Assembly: GCA_965223765.1 (NCBI GenBank)
Contig: OZ245016.1
Location: forward strand, 594,654 to 658,653
DNA: 64,000 bases
Direction of reading: 5' to 3'
Origin: Nitrospirales bacterium
GTDB lineage: Bacteria; Nitrospirota; Nitrospiria; Nitrospirales; UBA8639
This document shows, one piece after another, positions 30,148 through 37,536 of this stretch. Within the stretch, counting starts at the first letter, position 1. The number at the start of each line of letters is the position of its first letter. A model generated the notes under the pieces. It was not told the DNA's origin, searched no databases, and saw nothing but the letters and a program-made list of their open reading frames with translations. The translations under genes and the position numbers were made by a program.

Positions 30148-30800
30148 TAGGAAGACCTCTTGAAAATTGGAGCGATGATCCAATGTGGGAAATGATGAGT
30201 GGAATGAGAGGAGGGGGCAAATAGGTGTTGGCCATGCCGAGGAGAAAATTTCCAATGATGAGTTGGTGGACGCGTTTGATTGGCCGGACTATCAAAGTCG
30301 GGTTGTTGAAGTTCTTGAATAATGAGATGAAGCTCATTCTGATGAATAAAACAGAATCCCTTGGTGTAGAGATCGCTAGTTTGTTCATTACGTGCTCTGA
30401 AAGCGATAACTTCTTCAGGAAGAGCTTGCCTAAAAGCTTTAGGGAGTTCCGAGGCCAGAAGACTTAATTGATATTCTGTAAAGGTGGAATGTTGGTTCCC
30501 CATATGGGAGGAAAACAGTTCGCTTTGGCGATAATAAATATTATGTAAAAGCTCTCGAAGTTGAGTGGTCTCAAGATCAGCAGGGTGGGAAAGATTGGTG
30601 ACGATGGGATACCCGCTTGGCCATTCCTGAAGATCAACCCATTCGGTCTCGGTTTGGTATATGGACAGATGAACCGGTGAGCCACAGGAGACGAGAAACA
30701 TGAGAGTGAGGCATATGCTCACCACAAAGACGGAACGAACAATTTTGGTGTAAGGGGGCCGGGAAAGATGGGCTTTAATGTTGTGCGCGGAGACTAGCAT
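30147..30800 (-). CDS. putative lipoprotein
   Basis: lipobox-like FLVSC after a hydrophobic stretch; head of the porin-SBP-HK-RR operon. Confidence 0.6.
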   Translation of the reverse strand: MLVSAHNIKAHLSRPPYTKIVRSVFVVSICLTLMFLVSCGSPVHLSIYQTETEWVDLQEWPSGYPIVTNLSHPADLETTQLRELLHNIYYRQSELFSSHMGNQHSTFTEYQLSLLASELPKAFRQALPEEVIAFRARNEQTSDLYTKGFCFIHQNELHLIIQELQQPDFDSPANQTRPPTHHWKFSPRHGQHLFAPSSHSTHHFPHWIIAPIFKRSS

Positions 30801-31033
30801 CCCAATTCACGCGAACGAAGCACCATAGCCAAATTCCTAATGTCGCAGTGCGTGAAAGGTTGGCTGAAATGTATGTCGTCCATTTCAGGGGCATCTCTAG
30901 ATAAACCACTCGAGTTGGATCATCATATTACTATAAGGTCAAAACTCTTTGCATGTTATGAATTCTATCTAGGCGAGGGAGAAGGCCCCATCAGAACAGA
31001 CACAACTGCAATGACCATTGCCGTCTCATTCTA

Positions 31034-31081
31034 ATGAGGAAAAATGAGAAATCCATGAGAAAAAGATGACAATTACATTAA
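31034..31081 (-). promoter_or_regulatory. OmpR/PhoB-type direct-repeat array
   Basis: plus strand ATGAG, ATGAG, ATGAG, ATGAC, ATTAA at 31034, 31044, 31055, 31066, 31077 (spacing 10, 11, 11, 11); same motif as 24614..24684. Confidence 0.62.
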
Positions 31082-31126
31082 AACCCCTGATCTGGGTCTC
31101 CTCGCAATGAGGTTGCTTCCGTACCG

Positions 31127-31159
31127 TTTGACAAAGCCCAGAGAGTGGGCTTTGTCAAA
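31127..31159. terminator. hairpin, likely terminator
   Basis: TTTGACAAAGCCCA-5nt-TGGGCTTTGTCAAA perfect 14-bp stem overlapping the stop of 31155..31616. Confidence 0.7.
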
Positions 31160-31616
31160 TGCCTTGCCGACCTTCACGCCGGTCGTCCCGTCGTCCAAGG
31201 CTTCGATGCTCTCTTCGATCTTCTCGTCTGCCCAATCGTCGGTCTTCGCGTCGATCGGCTCGTCGGTCTAGTTGGCGATCTTCACGTCGGTCGTTTCGTC
31301 TATCGAGTCTCCGATCTTGTTGCCTGTCCTCTCGTCGATCCATTCTCTGGTCTCCGCGTCGCCCTTCTCGTCTTGTGAGACGGCGATCTTCTCGTTTATC
31401 GGCTTGTCGCATGCGGTTATCCTCATAGCGACGTGATGCACGAGAATAGTCTGAGTAACCAACACCTGACCCTGTGTCCGTCGAACCACGCCTTGAGTCC
31501 ACCGACCCCTTGCCTGAATTAAGGGACCCAGGTCCGGAATTACCCTCATGAGCGATAGCTGCTGTGCCTAAGAGCATGAGGAACGAGGTAGTGAGTATGA
31601 TGATCTTTGGTGTCAT
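31155..31616 (-). CDS. exported low-complexity Arg/Asp repeat protein
   Basis: GGAGG RBS, signal peptide, NSGPGSLNSG linker, then about 80 aa of (RREDRRxD)n. Confidence 0.7.
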   Translation of the reverse strand: MTPKIIILTTSFLMLLGTAAIAHEGNSGPGSLNSGKGSVDSRRGSTDTGSGVGYSDYSRASRRYEDNRMRQADKREDRRLTRREGRRGDQRMDRREDRQQDRRLDRRNDRREDRQLDRRADRREDRRLGRREDRREHRSLGRRDDRREGRQGI

Positions 31617-31753
31617 AAAACCTCCTTCTGGAATTATTGAGTAAAGCGATGTCATTGCAGCAGTCATGAATGTCTCTCGATACGCGAACTCGTCATTCCT
31701 AATCTGTGTGGGCTTTGTACTAGCTAAATCACCGATTCTTCCGTATTGTTTTA

Positions 31754-31783
31754 CTTAGACGACTGAAATGCGCACCCGTAAAC
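31754..31783 (-). promoter_or_regulatory. putative ECF sigma promoter (divergent)
   Basis: minus strand GTTTAC-N16-CGTCTAAG upstream of the repeat-protein gene. Confidence 0.7.
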
Positions 31784-31923
31784 CAGTGGTGCTGTCGAAA
31801 ATGAAAAACCCGAAAGAAAGATTGTTAATTAAAGTGGGGAAACTTGCTGCCAGAGGTTTCTCTTTCTTAAGGTTTTTCGCCATAACTATTGAAAACCCTG
31901 ATGGTTGGAGTCTGTTAGGTTTC

Positions 31924-31954
31924 GTTTACCGTTCAAGGTCATGACACGTCTAAT
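31924..31954 (+). promoter_or_regulatory. putative autoregulatory ECF sigma promoter
   Basis: GTTTAC-N17-CGTCTAAT, about 60 nt upstream of the sigma ATG. Confidence 0.72.
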
Positions 31955-32013
31955 TTTGCAACAAGCTGACCTTCTGAGGAGTTGCATGCAGGGGAGCCGA
32001 TGGAGTTATCCCC

Positions 32014-32604
32014 ATGGATGACTCCTTGGAGAGTCAGAAGGAAGCTCGGCTCATTGTTCGATGTCAGCAAGGCGATCAAGAAGCGATCAGTCTATTGATT
32101 GAGAGATATGGAGATCGTGTTGTCAACGTGATTGGTCGAATCATCGCCAATCCAACCGACGCGCATGACGTGGCTCAAGAGACGTTTGTCGCAGCGTTCA
32201 AGGCCATTGGCAACTTTCGAGCCGATAGCCGGTTTTCGACCTGGATTCATCGAATTGCGGTCAATAAAGCTAAGGACTACCTACGCGTGCAAGGCCGACG
32301 GCAACATAGAGAAGCACCGACCAGCGGCGACAAAGACGGACAGAACTCCGTCTTGGAAATTAGCGATGAACGAACACCAGAGCATGAAGCGTCAGAAAAG
32401 CAGATGGCTTATCATATGGAACAAGCCATTCAAGGATTGTCTCCGCTCTATCGAGAAGCATTCGTGCTCAAACATGTGGAAGGGATGGACTATGAGGAAA
32501 TGGTTGAGGTACTTGGAGTCGGAAAAGATGTCCTGAAAATGCGAGTCTATAAAGCCAGAATCAAACTATCTAAAGAGTTGATGTGGCTCAAGGAGGATGT
32601 ATGA
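32014..32604 (+). CDS. ECF RNA polymerase sigma factor
   Basis: DAHDVAQETFVAAF, FSTWIHRIAVN (region 2), LSPLYREAFVLKHVEGMDYEEM...RVYKAR (region 4). Confidence 0.92.
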   Translation: MDDSLESQKEARLIVRCQQGDQEAISLLIERYGDRVVNVIGRIIANPTDAHDVAQETFVAAFKAIGNFRADSRFSTWIHRIAVNKAKDYLRVQGRRQHREAPTSGDKDGQNSVLEISDERTPEHEASEKQMAYHMEQAIQGLSPLYREAFVLKHVEGMDYEEMVEVLGVGKDVLKMRVYKARIKLSKELMWLKEDV

Positions 32605-33338
32605 CCATGGGACAGCATTTAGATATCCACGACGATGAGGAAGAGTTGAACGATCGAGATTGGTTGGTTCAACGCTTTGTCGATCAAGATCTCTTACCAC
32701 AAGAACGGATCGAATTTTTACGGGAGATGGATCGTGATCCAATCTTGCGTCGACAGGTGTTGGCAACTGAGCAGATACTGTTGCAGGCCACTCAACTACC
32801 TCGAACGACAGCATCGGTTGGATTGAAGGAGCAGGTCTTACAACAGCTGCTTTCTTCCAACAAGACTAACAGGAAATGGTGGGAATCAGCATGGTCGATG
32901 TTGTTTGCACCCCGTGTATTGGAATGGAATCCAGCAATCGCCTTGACTGCGGCATGCTTGCTGGTTGGCGTGCTCTGGATGATCAAGCCGTCGACAATTC
33001 CCGATGACCCCACCGTCACACCCCCTACAGCTTTCGTCAAGACTCGTGAGTCAGGGGATGCTCAGAGCCTAGTCATGGTTCGACTCGTTTTATTAGCACC
33101 CCAAGCCCAATCAGTGGCTGTGGCAGGAGATTTTAATGGCTGGAAGCCTGAAGAAACTCCCTTGCAACCTACAGAAGGTGGAGCCTGGACGGTGACGTTA
33201 CAGGTTCATCCGGGCCGATATCACTACATGTTTGTTGTCGATGATGAGTCTTGGGTCACTGATCCCTTTGCAGGTGAATATAGTGCTGACGGGTTTGGGG
33301 CCAAAAATGCGATCTTGGATGTCTCTCATGTTCTTTAA
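32601..33338 (+). CDS. putative anti-sigma factor with a C-terminal glycogen-binding (CBM48/AMPK-beta E-set) domain
   Basis: ATGA overlap with sigma; cytoplasmic N-terminus, one TM, then APQAQSVAVAGDFNGW...GRYHYMFVVD..WVTDP...DGFGAKN. Confidence 0.85.
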   Translation: MTMGQHLDIHDDEEELNDRDWLVQRFVDQDLLPQERIEFLREMDRDPILRRQVLATEQILLQATQLPRTTASVGLKEQVLQQLLSSNKTNRKWWESAWSMLFAPRVLEWNPAIALTAACLLVGVLWMIKPSTIPDDPTVTPPTAFVKTRESGDAQSLVMVRLVLLAPQAQSVAVAGDFNGWKPEETPLQPTEGGAWTVTLQVHPGRYHYMFVVDDESWVTDPFAGEYSADGFGAKNAILDVSHVL

Positions 33339-33388
33339 ATGCCATCCCACTTGCAGGAGAGGAAGCTGTTGGATACTCTCTGGAAGAT

Positions 33389-33769
33389 ATGAGGTGCTTC
33401 CGGGGATTAGGGTTACGGTTTGGTTGCTTCATGGTTGCAGGAGTAGCCTGCGGGTTGTTCAACGCTTGCGGGTCTTTTCCGTCTGTTCCTCTTACTCCTT
33501 ATCAAGTCAATGGAGGTGTGGAGTTTTCTCTGGTTGTCTCCGATGCTGAATCGGTAGCGGTCGTAGGAAATTTTAATGGGTGGTCACATACGGCCCATCC
33601 ATTGGCTCAAGTAGAAGAGGACTTCTGGTCGGGAACGGTGCCATTATCTCGTGGTGAGCATGTATTTATGTTTGTGGTGAACGACGAGGAATGGGTGGTT
33701 CCCCCGCTGGCGGATGACTATGTTGATGATGGATTTGGACAGAAAAATGGCGTTGTCGTCGTGCCGTAG
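33389..33769 (+). CDS. stand-alone glycogen-binding (E-set/CBM48-like) lipoprotein
   Basis: lipobox-like FNAC; AESVAVVGNFNGW, GEHVFMFVVND.EWV.PP, DDGFGQKN. Confidence 0.82.
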   Translation: MRCFRGLGLRFGCFMVAGVACGLFNACGSFPSVPLTPYQVNGGVEFSLVVSDAESVAVVGNFNGWSHTAHPLAQVEEDFWSGTVPLSRGEHVFMFVVNDEEWVVPPLADDYVDDGFGQKNGVVVVP

Positions 33770-33778
33770 CCATGCAAG

Positions 33779-34771
33779 GTGAAGCGCAGACCATTAGATG
33801 ATCAAAAAATTATGCGTAGACTGAAAACCTTTGCAATCGGATTCGTGAGTCTCGTGGCGATCATTCTGCCATATGTCAGTCACGCTGCGTCGTTACCTGC
33901 TCAAGACGTGCAGGACATTAATATGTTAGGGCAGACAAGAGGCCATGCGCCAGAATCCATCAACCGTCTTCTAGACCATGCCAAGCGAGCACTTGACCAA
34001 GGGCTACCAGAACGGCCTGTGGTGAATAAGATAAAGGAAGGTCTGGCGAAGGGGGCCCCGCCGGAACGCATACGGCCGGTCATTCGAGATATGGTCGATC
34101 GTCTTCGTAAGGCTCGAGATATGCTACGGGAGATGGCACCAGAGAGATCGAGAAAAAGCAGCCCAGAGGGTTCACGAGCAACTGAGGTGATGGCAGAAGC
34201 TTTGGGGCGGGGAGTGACCATTGACGAAATACGGTCTCTCAATCGTTCCAGAGGAAAAGGGGCGGTGAGTCGTGAAGCTTTGGCTTTTGGTGCAAAAGGG
34301 TTAGCTCTAACGAAAGAAGGTGGCTTAAAAGCTCCTGAAACGCTTCCGGTCGTTGGGGAAGCCATTCGGCAAGGGTTTCGAGCCAATGAATTGCTCGATC
34401 TTGGTAGGGAAATGAAAAAGCGTGGAAAAGAGTTTCGGACAGACCGCAACCGACTGCGAGATCTTAAGAGAGCGGTAGAGCGGGGAGAACGCGCAGAAAA
34501 AATCTTCGAGCGAGACCGGCGATCCAGTTCAGGACGAGGTCGGGGTGGAGAGCGGTTGTCCAGAGAGGATCGTGATACATCAAAAAATCCGGATCACGAT
34601 CGAACCCGCCGCGATGACCGATCTGGAAAAGGCAGAGGTCGTGATCGCATCGAATCTCGAGAGCGAATCGATCGGGGGCGAGACTCTCGAGGAAGCTCTG
34701 ATGCTCAACGGGATAGCCGAGATCAAGGACGGGACTCGAGTGGGCGAGGGCGAGGCGGGCGAGATGATTAG
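33779..34771 (+). CDS. exported hypothetical protein, helical core with R/D/G-rich disordered tail
   Basis: signal peptide; GLPERPVVNKIKEGLAKGAP; C-terminal RDRD/SSGRGRGG repeats. Confidence 0.7.
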   Translation: MKRRPLDDQKIMRRLKTFAIGFVSLVAIILPYVSHAASLPAQDVQDINMLGQTRGHAPESINRLLDHAKRALDQGLPERPVVNKIKEGLAKGAPPERIRPVIRDMVDRLRKARDMLREMAPERSRKSSPEGSRATEVMAEALGRGVTIDEIRSLNRSRGKGAVSREALAFGAKGLALTKEGGLKAPETLPVVGEAIRQGFRANELLDLGREMKKRGKEFRTDRNRLRDLKRAVERGERAEKIFERDRRSSSGRGRGGERLSREDRDTSKNPDHDRTRRDDRSGKGRGRDRIESRERIDRGRDSRGSSDAQRDSRDQGRDSSGRGRGGRDD

Positions 34772-34774
34772 GGC

Positions 34775-35719
34775 TTAGAATCGGAATCGGATTCCGCCTG
34801 AGAAACCAAAATCTGCCGCACTTTTCGAGAGTCCGACAAAGCCACCTACATTCATTCCAATCGCGCGAGTTATGCGGTAACGAATATCGCCATAGACATC
34901 TCTTGCGTGAGGAATGCCTTTCACGACAGCTCGATATTCTTCATAAAATACACTCGTGCGTAATTTGTCGGTCAGGTAATATCCCAGACCCACATCGTAA
35001 TTCCATTGGTTTCGAAAATTCCGGCCCTTGGGGTCGCCAAGAATAGTATAGCCTCCATCTAGATACAAAATAAGGTCTCGGGTTAAGGCCTTAGCGGCCT
35101 CGCCACCAAACCCATAGTCAAATTCGCCAGTCCCTAAACCCTTATCTTCGTCGGCCGTCGGGAATTTTACTCGACCGGTGAGGTTCACCGATGGAATCCA
35201 ATCTTGTTCATCGATGAGATAGTAGCGCGTAGCAAGTGTAATATCTCCTAATCCACTCTCTGTTTGCTTGTCTCTTTTTGTGGTTGTGGTGATAGGACCG
35301 GAATCGTCATCATCAACTTCGTCATCATCGGATGGTCCGCTACTGCCGGAGCCACTGTTGCTACTTCCCGGTCCACTGTTATCGCTGCCGGAACCACTGT
35401 TACTCCCCCCGCCGCCACTTCGGTCACCACCAATAAAGGTCACGGAGCCATCACTGGTAATCCGGACATAGGGAACCGTAACCGACAGTTCTCCAAAACT
35501 GAATAAGCGTTTGATAGCGAAAGGGACATAGGTCACCGTAGTCGTCGTGTCGGTTCCATAATCACCTCGGCTATAGGAAGGATTGACTGAGATCTGCCAG
35601 TTTTGTGCACTCTCTTCAGCAAGGAGACGGGGTGGGAACAACAGAATGGGTATCAATAGTAGACAGTACAACCCTCCAGCCCAAGCCAAAAAAGTCCTAT
35701 CAGAACTTCTATAGCGCAT
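34775..35719 (-). CDS. outer-membrane beta-barrel 'transporter'-like protein with a G/S/D-rich insertion
   Basis: AAGGAG RBS; YSRGDYG, SGLGDITL, KFPTADEDKGLGTGEFD, terminal FRF; internal GGGSNSGSGSDNSGPGSSNSG...DDDE. Confidence 0.75.
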   Translation of the reverse strand: MRYRSSDRTFLAWAGGLYCLLLIPILLFPPRLLAEESAQNWQISVNPSYSRGDYGTDTTTTVTYVPFAIKRLFSFGELSVTVPYVRITSDGSVTFIGGDRSGGGGSNSGSGSDNSGPGSSNSGSGSSGPSDDDEVDDDDSGPITTTTKRDKQTESGLGDITLATRYYLIDEQDWIPSVNLTGRVKFPTADEDKGLGTGEFDYGFGGEAAKALTRDLILYLDGGYTILGDPKGRNFRNQWNYDVGLGYYLTDKLRTSVFYEEYRAVVKGIPHARDVYGDIRYRITRAIGMNVGGFVGLSKSAADFGFSGGIRFRF

Positions 35720-35881
35720 AAACACTCGACTCCTTGTGGTGATTGGTATGATAGGTATTATTTGATCAGGCAGCAAGACAAGATCTAGAACTGTTATCGG
35801 TTTGACCATAAAGTCTTCATGGGGGCTTCGAGAAACAAGAAATATCGCTATGGAGTAGATAATTCAATTGGCTGTCTGCAT

Positions 35882-35910
35882 TTAGACATTCTAAAGATCC
35901 AATGGTAAAC
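35882..35910 (-). promoter_or_regulatory. putative ECF sigma promoter
   Basis: minus strand GTTTAC-N16-TGTCTAA upstream of the beta-barrel gene. Confidence 0.65.
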
Positions 35911-36094
35911 ACCATCTAAGTTCTCGGATTCCAGAAGGCGTATCATACCTGGATAGAGAACAGACCACTCGTTGGTCACAACCAGTAGCTCTTGTATACT
36001 GTTTCTGAACCGAGGGTCACACATCGGATGATGATATTGGGATACCGGCGAGTAGACAATAAATATATTATATCAATTCCTGACCCTATACTTA

Positions 36095-36766
36095 ATGGAG
36101 ATGGTCATCATGTCTGATGAATACACATACGAAGAGTTACAGAAACTCGTTGATACGTTAACGGAAAGGGTTGAGAAAGCTGAGAAGTTTTGCCGAAGTT
36201 TCTTTGAAAATAGCCATTCCATTATGGTCATTATTCACCCAGAGACCGGAAAGCTTCTCGACGCCAATAGGACAGCCTGCGAATACTATGGCTATACCAA
36301 ACGGGAACTCACGAATATGAAGATCATGGAGATCAACATGCTTCCTCAAGACCAAGTATTTGAGAAAATGCAGGAAGCTCAAAGAGGGCAACAGAAGCAT
36401 TTTATCTTTCGCCATAGACTGTCGAGCGGAGAAATAAAAGATGTTGAAGTCTTTAGTGGACCGATTACCAAAGATGGTGAAGAAGTGTTGTATTCCATTA
36501 TCCATGATATTTCTGAACGGAAAACACACGAACGAGAGAGAGAACACCTCATTACGAAACTTGAGCAAGCCCTTGCTGAAATAACGACCCTACGAGGGAT
36601 CCTACCTATCTGTGCAACTTGCAAAAAGATTCGGGACGACAAAGGCTATTGGAGTCAAATCGAAACGTATATTCGGACTCATTCAGAAGTAGAGTTTACT
36701 CATGGGATTTGCCCGGAATGCGAAGGAAAAAGTTACTCAAGCTTAAATAAATCTGGTGGTAACTGA
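36095..36766 (+). CDS. PAS-domain protein with Cys/His-rich C-terminal tail
   Basis: PAS (DANRTACEYYGY); LPICATCKKIRDDKGYW...FTHGICPEC. Confidence 0.85.
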   Translation: MEMVIMSDEYTYEELQKLVDTLTERVEKAEKFCRSFFENSHSIMVIIHPETGKLLDANRTACEYYGYTKRELTNMKIMEINMLPQDQVFEKMQEAQRGQQKHFIFRHRLSSGEIKDVEVFSGPITKDGEEVLYSIIHDISERKTHEREREHLITKLEQALAEITTLRGILPICATCKKIRDDKGYWSQIETYIRTHSEVEFTHGICPECEGKSYSSLNKSGGN

Positions 36767-37083
36767 AGGCGTAATTAGCTCAAGCTCACTCGGCAATGGA
36801 CAGCTAATTCATCACAATGATGTATGTTCCATTTGTCACATTGAATGGAATACTCAGTTATTCTCCAGCCACAGAAATCCCATGAAAAAAAGAACAGATT
36901 ATTCCTTCACACATCTGGGCCTCTGCCATAATGAAAAATTTCTATTTCGTTTTTGCATGATTCAACACTGACTTTCAGGCTTTCTCCGAACCTGTCTCAG
37001 GTGATGGCCATATCACTGAAAGTGTCTTAATCAAAAACAAGGGTTCGGTAAAATCAGTTAGCGGAATTGTTAACCCTCACTAC

Positions 37084-37109
37084 TTAACTGTTAACGATTT
37101 TGCGTTAAC
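37084..37109. promoter_or_regulatory. putative upstream activator sequence
   Basis: TTAACTGTTAAC plus a second GCGTTAAC, about 108 bp upstream of the -24/-12 site. Confidence 0.6.
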
Positions 37110-37202
37110 TAGTCTGTTCTATCTCCTCATTGTTTTCGAGTTTTATTCTATAAATCATTGTTTTTAAAGTAAAAATATAGAGATATTCCTCAACATGGTT
37201 TA

Positions 37203-37218
37203 TGGCCCCAGCCTTGCT
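37203..37218 (+). promoter_or_regulatory. sigma-54 -24/-12 promoter
   Basis: TGGCCCCAGCCTTGCT. Confidence 0.75.
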
Positions 37219-37289
37219 GAATGGGTCTGAATAATTCAATTTCAAGTTACGAAAAGGCCTTCAGAATCAAAGTGACTTCAATGCGATGG

Positions 37290-37506
37290 GAAGGGTCAAA
37301 GTACGTCCAGGAAGGCCGCTGACTGCCTGGCTCGTCTCGAAGAGCGACTCCATTGTATTACGCGTGGAGCGTTCCTTCTGTACGTGAGCGCTCACGGCCC
37401 GAAGAGGGCTTTCGTTTGGTCCGTCCTCTTAGGCGGGATCGTTGCTGTGAGCCCGAAGGTCCGGAAAATTGCGAGAATGCCACTGGCGGATTTTTTCAGA
37501 GGCTCC
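37290..37506. repeat. MITE-like dispersed repeat in the 5' leader
   Basis: ends GTCCAGGAAGGCCGC... and ...GCGAGAATGCCACTGGCGGATTTTTTCAG resemble a Nitrospira-type repeat as I recall it (unverified); internal palindromes such as GTGAGCGCTCAC. Confidence 0.4.
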
Positions 37507-37536
37507 TTGTTACAAGGAGGTTCGAGGGATGGAGCT

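Noticed and set aside
31159-31549. Antisense and alternative-frame ORFs over the Arg/Asp repeat gene; possible CRISPR
   Set aside because: These are shadows of a low-complexity coding repeat. There are no constant repeats with unique spacers and no cas genes.
33901-34449. 182-aa minus-strand ORF and the many other short overlapping ORFs in the track
   Set aside because: They lie antisense to or inside well-supported genes and show no motifs or RBS.
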